Assembly (NCBI GenBank): GCA_951406725.2 | Contig: OX597820.1 | Span: forward strand, 43,214,001 to 43,278,000 | Source: Octopus vulgaris | Taxonomy: Eukaryota | Direction of reading: 5' to 3' | DNA length: 64,000 nucleotides | In this document: in pieces, positions 1-14,957 of the stretch | How the letters are laid out: each line of letters starts with the position of its first letter | Position numbering within the stretch: position 1 is the stretch's first letter | Position numbers and translations under genes: made by a program | The notes under the pieces: model-generated | Database searches by the model: none | Told to the model about the DNA's origin: nothing | The model's input: only the letters and a program-made list of their open reading frames with translations

Positions 1-1426
1 GCACCTAATAATTTATAAACATCGAATTATTAAATTAGAAAACTTAATTGAAAAACCATGCCTATTAATTTTCCAAAATGTTTCATACAATACCAAGGAT
101 TTTCTATTTCTAATTCTGTAATAATTATGTATATATGTATATAAGTATGTATGTATGTATGTATGCATGATGTATGTGTGTATGTATGTATGTATGTATG
201 CATATATATATGTATAGTTTGCTAAAGACATTTGATTTATATATATAACATATATTTGTTAAATAACTGAACAGCTCTTACATAGCAAGTGAGCAATTTT
301 AAATAGAATGTGCGCACAAGTTTTCGATAACTATCTTTATAACTTTATGTTGTGAACCCGCCTTCAGCTCCGATGGCCGGACAACTTCAAGGCCGGACAG
401 GGATTTTTGATATGCCCGAAAAAAAACATTCCTTATTCATTACAGATTTATTTCGGTGAGCAGTGATATACAGTGAAGCTATGGTATTCCGAGTATGCCG
501 ATTAGCCTTGCTTTCATCAACGCCACAAGCAGTGTAGTCTATAAGAAGTAAATCTGGCAAGTTTGAAAGTCACGCATTTGATGTTACATGATCTAAAACA
601 TTTTCGGATATCCATCATTGGGATATGTTGTTTTTGGGAGAGTGTGCTGAGTCTTGCTGAAACACGTATGGCCTTCCACTCTCTATCCAGGGATTAACAA
701 TTGTCTCCGGTTCCTCCCCTTATCCAGAAGCATTAATTCTAAATTACCGTGGAAACATGCCATTCGTTACTTACCACTTCTAAAACAGAATTCTTGGAAC
801 ATAAGTGTACATCACTCTGGAGGCATCTGAAAGATCTACAGAAAATTATTTATAGTTACTTCTTTTAAAATGTTGGTCTCCTCCGCAGTTTTCTTATAAG
901 GGAATATCCAAAGCTTACCATATTTCTAAGGGTTTTTAAATTGGTTACATCGCAGTTTTGCACAGATTAAAAGCTTTCTTCTGTCATTGCAGGTACAAAT
1001 TACACCGTGTCGTCAATGTTTTAGTGCATCACAATTCTGACAGCCAATTCCTGCACTTGAAGATTCTTGGCGATGAAAAGCATCGTTTTCCGAGATCACA
1101 ATCAATAATGTTTACAATCCATTGGACCTAATATAGTGTCTGCAAGATTAAAAAGTTTTATTCTTTGTAATACAATTGAAAATTTTCTACCAAAGGCTTT
1201 CAATTCCTTCCGCAATCTGTTTACAAAGAACTTGCACCATTTAGAAAGTTGGTAATATATAAATCAGTATGACAACAATAATAACGCATCCCTTCAATTC
1301 TTATGCTAGCTTTTTATCTTCCATGGTTTATCGGAAAGAAAAAATATTTTAATTCGTTTAGAAAGAGTAATATACAGATAATTGAAAGTCCTCAAGTATC
1401 CGTTGTACTCGGTATACACCCACACG

Positions 1427-1468
<42 letters not shown>

Positions 1469-1944
1469 TATATGTAATAGGTGGTCATGACTTGGATAAC
1501 ATTATTTGTTCAGCGCTTTCACATCTTTTGAATGATTCATCAATGACATATTTATCAACACATGAGGAATCCTTACAGAAAAATTAGTCTCCCAGATGAA
1601 CTAAATCCAATTACCACTGAAGAGTATACTTTATAAGGTTCCCATTACAGTTAGTAATATAGGTGGAAAAACTCACTTATGCAATCAACACCCATCACAC
1701 ACACACTCTAAAAAAATGCATGTTTAAACAGACACGCACACACACACACACACATTTAAACACCATTAACATGTGAAATGAGTATATCCAAGTGTTACAC
1801 CGCTACATTTAGCGGCAATTTAAAGAATCAGTTCGTGGATGGTTAATGGTATGGTTAATGAAGAAGGAGCAAGAACTCTTAAAATACGTATGTACCCACA
1901 TTACCTATTTTTTCCACTTTCGATTGCTTTCTTTTATTATTTTA

Positions 1945-1993
1945 TTATTTTACTTGTTTCAGTCATTGGATTGCGGGCATGCTGGAACACCGC
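1945..1993 (-). mobile_element. SINE 3' tail fragment
   Basis: Reverse complement reads gcggtgttccagcatgcccgcaatccaatgactgaaacaagtaaaa, matching the tail of the full SINEs at 3545-3908 and 50488-50898. Confidence 0.7.
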
Positions 1994-2078
1994 ATTCATT
2001 ACGTTAGGCCCATTGTTTACATTAGGCACATTAGGATAACCTCAAAAAGTGATATCTCTCTCTCTCTCTCTCTCTTTC

Positions 2079-2127
<49 letters not shown>

Positions 2128-2192
2128 AGATATATGTATGTATATATATATATATTATTATATATTATTACATATTATATATTATATATCAT

Positions 2193-2226
<34 letters not shown>

Positions 2227-2229
2227 TAT

Positions 2230-2303
<74 letters not shown>

Positions 2304-3421
2304 AGTGGGGATCTGTTCCGTTTGAATAAAGTACATTATCACCATTGCGTCCATCTATACCCAATAAACTTTACTGACACTCTATAAGGCGCATGTAATC
2401 TAATCTACGGAACATGAACAAGCAGTTACATTCCATGAATCAAAAGGTACTGGGTCTTTCCTCCTACATCTGTCCTTATTTTGCGAGGAACAATTTCTAA
2501 ATCTTGCTTTAAAGCAACGCTGTAAAAGTTGAAATTGACCAGAGTCAACAGGCAGCGAGACAATATTTTCAGGGAATAATTTCTTTATTTAAAAACAAAA
2601 GGAACATATTAAGCATGAAGTTTGAAATGAACCCTTCTTGTGGTTTTATTTCTTTGAGATTTTTCACTGCAACAACTGCTGTTTCTCACCGGTTTGTAGT
2701 CATAGTCACAACAATATTTGGCTGCTTTACACTGAAGAGGAAAGCCACGTAATCGTCAACTCCCTCACTGTATTCAAGTCATATGTTAAGATGCAGCTGC
2801 CTTCGATCATATGTCAGGGCCGGGAAAAAATAACTTAGCAACAATGCATAGTTAACACTTTTGTGACAATTTATTTGCAAATCTAATGGAATTACAATCA
2901 TGAAAGTGAAGTAATGAATTATTGACGACGATCGTACAGTTAAAATCACGAAAACATTTCCACTTTTTAGGTGGACATTTTTTCTCTTTTCCGACTTTTT
3001 GATAGATACGATGGGCATGCACCCTGAATGCCCATTATATTGAACCGACGCGTAACAGCCCATGAATGGTACGTGCTACATAAATGGTGTTAGGTGCCTG
3101 TAAAATTTTAGCAAAAAGTTCGTGTGCCGTTACGATGGTCTCGGTAGTACAACTGTCGAGCTTCATACAAAATTTGATATATTATAGCGATTCGAATTTT
3201 TCATAAAAACTTATCTAATAATAGCTTTGAAATATGTCACGTAATTATTGATCAAGGTTAGAAAGCATGAGACCAATTTCCTGACAGTCATTTCGAGTAT
3301 CAATCTTGGTAACAGCGTTTCTTATGAACAGTAAAATACTAGCATGTGTGTGTATGTATATTATATGCCTATGTATGTACGTATGTATGTATGCATCTAT
3401 ATACGTATGATTGTATATGTA

Positions 3422-3463
<42 letters not shown>

Positions 3464-3544
3464 TATATATATATATATAAATATATATATATGCATACAG
3501 GTATGTATAAGCATGTATGTATATGCATGTATGTATAAGTATAT

Positions 3545-3903
3545 GTGGCTGTGTGGTAAGAAGCTTGCAGCCACATGGTTCTGGGTTCAATCCCACAGCG
3601 AGTTCCACTATAGCCTCGGGCCACCAAAGACTTGTGAGTGGATTTGATTGACGGAAACTGGAAGAAGACCGTCGTATACATATATGTGTATATATTTATG
3701 TGTGTGAGCGTGTGTGTCTGTATTTGTCCCGATATTGGTGTATTTACATTCCCGTAACTTAGCGTTTCGGCAAAAGTGTACAATAGAATAAGTACAAGGC
3801 TTACAAGGTATAAGTCTTGGATCCGATTTGTTGAACTAACGGCGGTGCTCCAGCATGGCCGGAGTCAAATGATTGAAACACGTAAAAGAATAAAAGATAA
3901 AAG

Positions 3904-3908
<5 letters not shown>
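3545..3908 (+). mobile_element. tRNA-derived SINE (family A), near full length
   Basis: A-box-like gtggctgtgtggtaag, B-box-like ggttcaatccc, internal TA/TG tract, tail ggcggtgctccagcatggcc...gaaacacgtaaaaga(ataaaag)n. Homologous to 50488-50898, 16715-16858 and 6069-6725. Confidence 0.85.
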
Positions 3909-3982
<74 letters not shown>

Positions 3983-6068
3983 GTATGTATGTACATATAT
4001 TCATGTGAATATATATATATAGGTATATATAGGTATCTATACTACTATTGATATATATATAAATATATATATATATATTGATGCATGTATATTTACAGTC
4101 CCATGCATGTACTCATGTATGAACGCGTATTGGATTGTGTGTGCCATTGTTCAGAAGTGAAGGCAGAGAAAATTAAACAAACACATGTGAAAATATAAGT
4201 CATCTTGATATAACCAACTGCAGTAGCACGTGTACGTGTGTGTGTTTGTGTGTGTGTGCGAGTGAGTGTGTTTGTGTCTCTCTGTGTGTGTATGTGTGTG
4301 TGCATGTGCCTCTGTATGTGTGTGTGTTGTGTTTGTGTGCGTGTGCGTGTGCCTGATGCTCACGTGTATCAATTTCTCTTTTTCCTCTGTGTGACTCATT
4401 CAATGTTTATATATATATATAGATAGATAGATAGATATAGATATATACATACATGCATACATACGTATATGCATATGTGTGTGTACATATTTTCACAGAT
4501 ACAGATATATGCATAGTTGAGTATATTTATTCGTACGTTTGTGTGCATGGCGTGTTGAAATTAATGCGAATATTTTTCTCTGCATGTTGTTTTGTGCGTG
4601 CATGAACGCCATACTCGTTGATTATAGTGTTTTACGGGATGTTGGGAGTTAGCTGCAAGCGGACACTAATGAACTAAATTCATCTATCTAACAAATTGTC
4701 TAATAAGCACTGTTCACATTTGAAGGATGAAAAAAAAATGTCTCATTTTTACTGGCAAAGATTAATTCGATTCACCTAAAGAAATGTCCCTCACAAAAGT
4801 TGTTTTGATGACCGAGTAAAAGTGTTCTTGTTTTCCTCGTAATCATTAGGATATATAAAGCTGTTATAGTGTTGGCCACTAAAGATGAAAGCTGATATGA
4901 TTAAGGGATCGGGAACACATCAAAAGATACCGATTCCAGGGTTAAGTATGGATAAGAAATTTTCTTAAAATGTCGATAAATTATCGATATGGCATGGCTA
5001 ATTGATGGTGGCAAATTTGCGACACTTGCACATCAATGAAAATCAGCAATTTTCTTTTCTTGTAATGTTCATTATATTGTTCGGTGGCTTGTACACACTA
5101 ATCATACGCCTTGCGGTAAGACAGAGACTAATATGCTTTGAATAGTTGCGGTATTGTAGCACTCTTTGCTTTACTTTAACATTATACTTTAAGAATATTT
5201 GCTGTACGATAACAATCAACTTGTTTATTTCGTGGCATATAAGGATACCATAACACCACGTTACTGAGTGACATACAACGAATACCAATAGAAAACTGGT
5301 ATCATTCCAACTGACTGTACACCACTTTAGTATATTTCGAGAGTATTTAATTAAAAGCTGCCGTTATTTGTTTTGCTTGACTTGTGTATTTGATGGAAGT
5401 AAGAATATTATTTTGCCACTTGATCTTTTAGAATTGTAAATTAATGAAAATGTGAATGATGGTAAAGTACTATAGATAGTACATAGTGATTCAACGGGCT
5501 GCTCGCACTTTGAAAATAAAAAAAAAAAGACCGAAGACCTCTGTAGAAAGCAGACAGCACGTTAAAGATTATATGACACAGACTGAAGCAGAAATAAATA
5601 TGACGTTTGAGAGGAAACATCTGGAGGAACAAAACTTAAAAGTGGAAATTATTCTCTAAGAATAGACAAAATCAATTGTAATAACAATTGAAACTTTGAG
5701 TTTGGACACTTCTAAACAATAATTTATGATAACAGCAGAACGAAAATCATTCTCCTCTCGTGTACATATATGTTAGTAAATTTGAACCGTTCTAAATAAC
5801 TAGAATTATCTTAAACATGTCGAACTCACGGTATTCTGTTTCATAATTCGATGAATTTTAAGAGTGATTATAGTTCAACAGGAATGAAATAACAGAATAT
5901 CTTAACAAATCCACTAGGGATAAATATCACAAATGCAACAAAATAGAAAGATCACGCACTCGGAGATAATAATTGACCCTGATTTTATTTTTAACACGTT
6001 ACAGAAATCTGTCTTCTGTTAGATGATATTATAGGTAACAACAAAAGCTAGTGCGATATGTTATAACC

Positions 6069-6381
6069 AGGAGTAGCTGCCGGGTAAGAAGTTTGTATCC
6101 AATTGAATTGATATGGTTCCGAGTTCAGTACAACCGCGTGGAATATTTGGTAAATGTCTTCTGAGTGTAATTCGTAGATAGAAACTAAAAGAATACTTAT
6201 TTCTTTACTACCCATAAGGGGCTAAACACAGAGAGGACAAACAAGGACAGACAAACGGATTAAGTCGATTATATCAACCCCAGTGCGTAACTGGTACTTA
6301 TTTGATCGACCCCGAAAGGATGAAAGGCAAAGTCGACCTAAAAGTCGAAACTCAAAAAAAATACCGCATATATATGCGGAA

Positions 6382-6443
<62 letters not shown>

Positions 6444-6725
6444 TACATATATATATGTATGTCTCTATATGAAGTGGGGGTTGCACTTGTGAATGTGTCT
6501 TCGTGTCTGTGCTTCATCCCCGCCGCCGCTTGACAACCGGTGTTGGTGTGTTTTCGTCCCCATATCTTAGTGTTTGGGCAAAAGAGACGGAGAGAATAAA
6601 TACCAGGTTTTAAAATGATAAATGAATATTGGGTTCCATTCGTTCCACAAAAACCTCTTAAGGCTGCGCCCCAGCATGGCAGTAGTCTTATAACAGAAAT
6701 AATTACAAAAAGAAAGATAGAAAGA
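6069..6725 (+). mobile_element. Degenerate SINE family A interrupted by a nested family B SINE and (TA)n
   Basis: Head ggagtagctgccgggtaagaag...ggttccgagttcag. Tail ggctgcgccccagcatggcagtagtc...gaaataattacaaaaagaaag. Confidence 0.7.
6198..6339 (-). mobile_element. SINE family B fragment
   Basis: Reverse complement contains aggtcgactttgcctttcatcctttcggggtcgatcaaataagtaccagttacgcactgggg, nearly identical to the units at 33885-34295. Confidence 0.8.
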
Positions 6726-8704
6726 ATTATTTAAACAAGCCAGTGATATTGGTAACACGAACCATATATTCTCTAATTGTTTTCAGTGTCCATGTAGTTA
6801 CGAACTGAGAGAGACACGATCTCACCGTCGTTAACTCGCCACCTGGATATGTCTTCTGTAGAATGAGAGAGCTACGCTCGCATTCAGATGACACAAATAA
6901 CAACCTAATAAATGGAAGCCTTTAGCTATGTACCATGGAATTCAGTTACTGGGAAAACTACGATGGTAATCAGAATACCCTAACCACTAGATCAGAAGCC
7001 TTCACACATTCAGTACCAACATTTTTAGATGAAGAATCAAGAAAACTTCTACGTGGTTGCTTTACCCCTTAGATACAATTATACCCTTAAAATAACTGAA
7101 GACATGAGACAAAAATAAATTATCAAAGTTTGAAACGTTTCTTCTCATAGATTGATGCCATCAAGTTTGGTAATAACACTGACTTTGTTTTAAGTTGAAC
7201 ATTTGTGTTAAGACCTCCAATTTGGTTTGAAAACAATCTTTACTTTTGCGTATTTCCGTGTGTATGTTAGGTGTTTGTGAGTTTTTAGACACATGTCTGC
7301 ATGTATACATTATTTTTATGATACGTCCTAGAATATTGTCTTTGGAAGAAAGCTTTTTACGGCGGAATTAGATTTACAGTTGATGTTTGACGAATATGAT
7401 AACATGTCGTTTTAGGAAATAATTGTATAATATAAATCAACATAGATATACACGAGTTATATAAATGGCATTGTAAATTAAGCTCGTGCTAATTGTAGAC
7501 ACTTTAATAACATATAGCATAGCTTCATTTCCCCAAGACAACAAGTCGAGCACCTGACATTATTTCCTAATATTTTTACATGAATATTACAAAACTTAAC
7601 ATGGCTACAGTAAGAGGGAGGTGGGGGAGGGGGAGTGAGAGTGGGAGGTGAGAAGTAGGAGGGGAGGAAGAGGAGGAGGAAAGGAAGAGGAGGAGGGGAG
7701 GAAGAAAACTAGGAGGGGAACGACGACGACGAGGAGTAGGGAAAGTGAGGACAAGACTGAGGAAGAGGGAGAAGAAGAACAACAACAACAATAACAACAA
7801 CAACAATAAGAGCAAGAAGAGCAAGAAGAGCAAGAACAAGAACAAGGAGTATATACGTGAGTCTCTAAAGAAACTGGCAACATTGATGTATCTGTGACCG
7901 GGTGAACAGTTGTAAATGGATGATGCGCCATATCAGAACTGGATATTAATTGGTTGTCTCCAGTATATTTCCTAGCTAGATTGATTCATTGTGAAGTATA
8001 TGAATGGACACGTTAAAAAAATCTTACGAAGTTCAATAGTGGCAACATGGCTGAAATAAACATCAGACTTGCTGTGCTCACAGCGTGAGCAGCAAAAGCT
8101 TCTTACCCCTTATATTATCCCACGAATATTACAAATATAACGGACGTTAATCGTAAAATCAAACACCCATTTTACAGTGAATTAAAGAATATTCTTTCTA
8201 ATATAGATACAAGTCCTCATAAATTAAATAGGATGCAATTCGTTTCAACTGTGATGAATTTTAAAAATCTCAAAAATAGAAGTATGGCAGAGTTAGACAC
8301 ACAAAAGTTCTGATTATAAGAACCTAACGGGAACAACAGGACTTTAATATGCATCTGTGTGTACAGTGGATTCTGATCTACACTTGAGTTATTTTGGCAA
8401 ACCAAATTTGTGTAACTTGCGTCACCTACCTTATCTCATTTGGCACTCCATATCTTCACATCCTCTCGTTCCTTCCCTCACACAAATTGTAACAACCACT
8501 ACTTGCTACCCTAAATAAGTAACAGTGTGTAACAAATTTTAATTTTTTTGTCAATACGTGTTATTTCCCATTTGCTTCTATCTAGAAATCTACTATTCCT
8601 TTGAAATTTTGCTTCCGTTATCTGGACGTAAATCTTTTGAACCTGACCAATATTCCATTACGTTTCTGACAGATTCAGTGCTGATTTGCTGAAGCAAAAA
8701 TATC

Positions 8705-8870
8705 ATTATAGCAAATATTATGCTTGATACCACAGATTTGCTTACCAGTTGCTTGACCATAACCCTTGAACATGTCGCTTAGTGGCTGATAATATGTGCA
8801 TCGCTGATCATTACGAGGAGTAACGGGGGAACAACATAGCCATATATTGAGAGGGATTCTTTAGGGTTTC
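8705..8870 (+). mobile_element. Old internal fragment of the ~550-bp TAA-associated non-autonomous element
   Basis: Reverse-complement similarity to 27840-28000 (cagatttgctt..., catgtc.cttagtggctga, gagagggattcttt). Confidence 0.65.
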
Positions 8871-9870
8871 CATAAATGTAACAAGAGCAAAGACTGAAGA
8901 AAATGATAGCCTGTTTTCATACTTTGTAGGGGTAAGCGAATAGGAAAAACAGTTGCTGCCCAAGGATAAAAATCATTTTACACACTGTGGGCTCTGGCAT
9001 CCCATCTTTCTCCATATTTTTTCTTGTATCTGCTCAAACAAAATTGGCTGTGTCAATGTCAATACACTAGACGGTCTGCAAATGCCATGGCAAATCTTCT
9101 TATTTATGGTGAAACTAGGAGAAATTCTTGAAAAAGTTATCTTCATTTCTCTTTCATTTATTGTAATATAAGCGTTTTGTGGACCAGAAACTGAACCCGG
9201 TACCACAAGTCGACAAGTCAAATACACAGTGCAACCGCACTCAACACTGCTAATATATGATATATGTATTATAATTACTAGTTAGATCGGCTAGGGAATC
9301 GTGTATACCAACAATTGTTTTTACTTCTATCCATTCTTCTTGGCTAATTGCGTTCTCAATAGGAAATATAGGTCATTGTTAATTTTCTGCCTGAGATGAA
9401 GGAATGAAATTGTACACCCAATAGGTTCATGATATAGAAATAATATAGTAATTTCAAATATAGTTATGTAGGTTAGTCAAACCCTCCACTAGTTCAGCTA
9501 TTAACGTCATAAAAATTCACAAAATAAAATTATTTTGAAGTGGCATATCAGAAACACTTCGGGTAGCAGTAGTTTAATCTAGACAACATTGAAAATTTAA
9601 TCTTTCTAGAATGTTAATATTATTCTTTCATTTCATAAAAGCTAAGGAAAATAATGATTGTTACTGAAAATTAATTTCCTTGCTAACAGATTTTTTAAAA
9701 AATGTATTTTAAATGTCTGTAATAACTGTATTAAATGTGCATTACTAATTTATACATTATACAATATCAATTTATATATAGTATGTGTATAGCTGTGCAT
9801 TTCTGAACGATTATGTGTGTGTGCGTGTGTTTGTGTGTATGTGTGCATATATTCATATACAATAAATTCG

Positions 9871-9902
<32 letters not shown>

Positions 9903-10133
9903 CGATAACAATTATATGCAATTATAAATACACTTTTATGCCTACACATGAACATAAGCACCTGCATACACACTCATAAGTACACACTTAAGTATGTGCA
10001 TATAAATGAACACACAGACACATACACATACAGAAAAACATATATATCGGCATCGTAATTGTGCATCGTATATGTGTGTGGGCATATAAAACTATATACA
10101 TGTGTGCATTTATAGATTTTATACATATCTATG

Positions 10134-10172
<39 letters not shown>

Positions 10173-10874
10173 CCACACATATATGTCTGTGTGTATGTAT
10201 GTATATATATATGTATATATATATGTGTATTTGTGTGTGTATGTGTGTCAGAGAGAGAGGGAGAGAGAAAGAGAGAGAAAGAATGAGTAACGCGTTCATA
10301 ATCAAATAATACGGAATTTGGATAAAAATCAATTAAAATACATCAGTCAGAAATGAAATTCATCAATAAAAACCATATTACTTTCGGTAAAAGACTATAT
10401 TTTTTGTATATATGTATTTCTTGTGGTTTTCTACTGATTTCAGTGTCGTTCTAAATAAATATTTATTAATTGCAAGAGCTTATGCAACTCACATTGTTTT
10501 TATTCGAGAAATATGTAAAATATACATTTGTAAGAATATTTCGTAATAAAAGAGAACTTATTTTTCTATTCTGCATTCTGTCACGCGGTATTTCACTCAA
10601 GTAAATGCATATGTACGTAAAATTGCTTAAATAATTTTCTTTGGCTATATCTATATATATACACACATATATATATGTATGTATATATACATACATACGT
10701 ATATGTACATATATATACAGACATATGCATATATATACATGTATATATTTATCTATATATATGTGTGTGTGTAAATTATATACAAATATGTACGTATGTA
10801 TCCATGAATATATATATATACATACACACACACACAAACACACACATATATATATATATATATATATCACACAA

Positions 10875-10953
<79 letters not shown>

Positions 10954-11029
10954 AAACTCAAGTTCAGCAAAGAGTGGATTGAAAGGAGGATTACAGACAG
11001 TTACGATGCCCACCTCTCAAAATTATTTA

Positions 11030-11900
11030 GTTGAGTGGTGCATTTTCCTGATGTAGACCCGCCGATCCGAAAGGAAGTGTCGAGGACATTTGCGAAATCC
11101 CTACCTTAATTCTTTCAAGACTTCTGTGACGTAACCGTTGTTGACCCTCTCTGACAAGAGGGACACTCGTAGATGTAATCATGCCCTTACTATCAAAAAG
11201 GTGATCATCATGACCATCCCAGTGGACTTGCTTGACGAGGTGTTTTGCGTTCTGAAGAAATGATGATGCTTCCGTTAGATATTCTATCTCTTGGGCCCTG
11301 AATCATAACAGTATTTTCAGATTTCATGTCGTTTCACCAGACAGTGGAAGAACTTAACCATCTCCCTTCTGTTACCAGCGCCTCTTTCCTTCAGTTCATC
11401 ACTGAGCGCCCTCGGAACTAACTTTGCTCAAATTTTATGCTTGTAGAGATGTCATGAATAACTCCATGAGCAGTTGCCAAACCAACTCCAAACAGAATAC
11501 TTATTGTTTGCGTAGGTACACAGCGGTCTTCTACCAGCAAATTACGATTTTTCCGAACCAGCTCTGACGTTCTGTTCTCATGCCCAGCTCCCTTTGCTGC
11601 CTTTGAACCCCTGTGCCAGACAAAAGAAGAGGCTCAGCTCAAACAAATTGATTCATAAACCGTCTGAAGCATTTCGTAACTGCTTTTGTCTGTTTTAACC
11701 AAATCTTTTTGCATAAAGAGCTTCCAAATTGTCTACATCTCCTCACAGCATTCTACAAAATAGTCACCGGTACAATTTGGTATGACTGCCGTCTCCTTCA
11801 ATCTGCAATAAACAGTTGGCAGGCCAGCTTATTACTAAAATTACAATAATCTCAGGTATTTATAACAGCCATTCTCCCCCAAAAGTCTCAAAATATAAGG
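11030..11900 (-). mobile_element. Degenerate mariner transposase remnant
   Basis: Minus-strand translation across stops and frameshifts gives YEMLQTVY..CLS..FVWH, AKLVPRALS (WVPR-like), YCYDSGPKR, VNNGYVTEVLKELR and HQENAP (HQDNAP-like). Confidence 0.75.
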
Positions 11901-12397
11901 ATATATTTCTTGCTGGATAGTAATATTATTTTTATTAATATTTATATTTCTTGCATATCTTCTCACTGATCTTGGTCCCGATTTTGAACTTTGATTTCAG
12001 CCCTGTAAACAAACAGAGATGTAGTAACTATTTTAAAACTTGTTCGTCAGTGGTAGATTCAAATGAAGATAACCAATAGGATTCACGCTCACGTACGTGA
12101 ACCGAAAAGTTTGAAACTGAAGTTTTGAATGATCCTTCATTCCTCTAATGGTCTCCGTAGAGGTAAGACAGATTTTTCCTATATCCACGCTCGCAAATAT
12201 CTCTGCCTGTAAAGATTCAGCGAAGCTCCACATAGCGCCAATAGCTTACCGGCTGTTATTTCTAACAATAACTTCGTGTACATCCAATTTCTGTATTTAT
12301 AATTTTATCTTTTATGGTGCTTTATACTTCCTGGATAGATATATCATTTTTAATAATATTTATATCTCTTGTATGCATGTATATATATATATATACG

Positions 12398-12440
<43 letters not shown>

Positions 12441-12444
<4 letters not shown>

Positions 12445-12605
12445 TCGTAATCACCGTGACCGACCAGGCTATCAGATGTTGCTACACATCGCTAGTCACA
12501 ACGCGCTTCGCATTGTTTTAGCCTTCAAATGACGCCACCCCGCTGGCTATGTGAGCGGGCCAACAGAAGAAAGAGTGAGAGAAAGTTGTGGCGAAAGAGT
12601 ACAGT
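12441..12605 (-). mobile_element. SINE-like repeat (family C) 3' part
   Basis: ccaacagaagaaagagtgagagaaagttgtggcgaaagagtacag matches the reverse complement of 58660-58708. Ends in a (ATC)n-type tail next to (TA)n. Confidence 0.55.
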
Positions 12606-13491
12606 CGGCATATTCTCTATTGGAAAGACATCTTGAAGTAAAACTGAATATTGACATGCATATGACTACATGTACATCTAATTGTTTGTAACTCCAAGCG
12701 CTGGTTCCTAGCCTCCAGGTTTTCAAATTTTGCTTTTCCCGTCGTCTGACCTTATATTTAGTGTGATAACAGTAGATGCGAAGTTTGAATAAACGTTTGT
12801 AAGATATCAAGTGTAACAATCTTGAATAAGCTTGAATAAAACCTCCCATTTTTTACCGTAACCTGTTATGCATATACTTGAGGAAAAATTTATTTTCTTA
12901 AATTAAAAATAAATATGAATGGTAATGGAATGTTAATGCAGATATGAATTGTGAATCAAAAGATCGCATTTGCAGCATTACTTTCAGTGAAGTGAGAATA
13001 TATCGACCAAACTGGATGAAAATTATTACATCAATTTGGAGTTCTTAAGCAACAATCTCTTTAGAATGTTCCATATAGTCACCATTTAGACATGTGTGCA
13101 AATGGAAACTTCAAAATGTTTCCTTTTTTTCAAAATAAAACCAGAAAATTATTAACCACGAAAGGCAAAAGAAAAATACTTTATAAGAATTATTTTTCCA
13201 AACTGTACCGGAAACATTCAATACCTCTATTAAAATAACTTCCTCTATTATGATTAAACCATTATACTTGTGTTTGAAAAACTATTATGAACGAATATAC
13301 TTACATACAATAAGAAAATATCTTTTCAAAATGTTCCTCTCATTCTGGGTACTTTCAAAAGCATTTTTCTTCTTTATTTCAGTTTACGACACAGTTTTAA
13401 ATTTAATGAAACATTCTTCAGATGCTGCAAGTCTAATAATAATTCTTTGCAAAATCGTCTTTTAATTATATGCGTATAAGTGTACGTGCAA

Positions 13492-13546
<55 letters not shown>

Positions 13547-13864
13547 CGTGTGCGTGTGTGTGTGTGTGTGCGAGCGCAATACAAGTTTGGAATGGAGACT
13601 ATTTCAGTGCATTCCTTAAAACGTGTACTTTTTGACGTGCACTGGTGAATAACTTCCATCTATTTATAACTGGCATATATTTGTATATATATATATATGC
13701 TTGTATCTATGGTTGTATCTATGCATTATATATGTATTTATGTATGTGTATGTATGCATGTATGTATGTATTATATATGTGAAGACACCTTAAAGCATTG
13801 TAGAAATCATACCTGATATCACTATAAAGAGTAGAAACAAGAACTTTTTATGCGTTGACGAATA

Positions 13865-14387
13865 TAGGGTGGGGCAAAGCGAACGGGCCTTTTTTGAAAA
13901 TTTCACAAAATTATTAATTTTAGCTGCATACAAATTTTATTGTCATCAATGTCTTTGTATTGAATTAGCATTTATCAAAATTAAGTGTGGAAAACAACAT
14001 CCATCATGTGTTTTCCGTTTTCACTGATGCATTTCTGAAGGCGTTCTTGGAAGTTGGCCCCCATACTCTCCAAAATTGCTCTGTGCATAGTTCCATGGTT
14101 TCAACTGTTGCCTGATGAGCAATTGTTACGGGTTCAAATGCAGATCATCATGCAAAATACGCCTTACAGATCGATTCTGACTCCGTATCACAGCTTGTCT
14201 GACGTGTAACTGTCGTAGGCAAACACGCGATGCCACTCTCGTCCACAGCACCCTGGGCATCACCTGAAAATTAAAATGAATGCTAAGACACCACGGACGG
14301 AATGGTACCTGTCGAACATATGTCCCTCCCCCTGGGACTAAGTAATAGCCATTTCAGAACCGTCCATTCTCTCTGCCCCACTCTTTA
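13865..14387 (-). mobile_element. Internally deleted Tc1/mariner-superfamily (maT/DD37D-like) element
   Basis: Imperfect TIRs (agggtggggcaaagcgaacgggc vs reverse complement agagtggggcagagagaatggac). Minus-strand peptides SVRRILHDDLHLNP and ANFQERLQKCISENGKHMMDVVF resemble transposase N- and C-terminal motifs. Confidence 0.7.
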
Positions 14388-14887
14388 CAAGCACCGACCA
14401 GCAAATAATTTTGTTCGCTGAAAGCAAAAGAAACTCGTTGGATTGGCTAGTCTCAAAGATCCGTGGACGATGCAAAACATATTGAAAGACCAGTTTCGCA
14501 GAATGCCGTGCGCCAATGAGATCAGTGGGTTAATCATCCTATTGACTAAGATGTAAGTTATATTCCCTAAAAGCGTACACTATTACGTCCAGCTTATCGA
14601 ACATATTTTGTGCCCCGAACCGGTTAGACGTGTTGCGAATAAATATGCAGCCATCATAGAATATATACTCTCTTAGAATTAAATATCGTTGATAATTTGT
14701 GATTCCTCGATATTTTCTATAATTCATTATGCTGATTTCGCATATCTGATGCTGTCGATATATATTCGAGTACATCAGTCTTAATCTGAGCCTATTAGAT
14801 TTATTTACCTTTAAACACAGGTGTAATATTGTGGTGTCTGTCTTAATGAGTTGAATCAGAACGCATTCATTTCGGACATAGTTTTTC

Positions 14888-14957
14888 ATCTTACAGAACC
14901 TGGAAGGATTATAAGCGAAGTCAACTTCGCTTATAATCCTTCCAGGCTCTGTAAGAT
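14888..14957. repeat. Near-perfect 70-bp palindrome (34-bp arms, 2-nt spacer, 1 mismatch)
   Basis: atcttacagaacctggaaggattataagcgaagt-ca-acttcgcttataatccttccaggctctgtaagat. Confidence 0.95.

Noticed and set aside
340-1260. Higher-complexity stretch that might be a decayed DNA transposon coding region (also 2400-3230)
   Set aside because: No diagnostic motif recognised by eye; needs tBLASTx or HMM search.
7612-7850. Purine-rich G-run/GGA/AAC tract with G-quadruplex or triplex potential
   Set aside because: Ordinary low-complexity sequence with no functional context.
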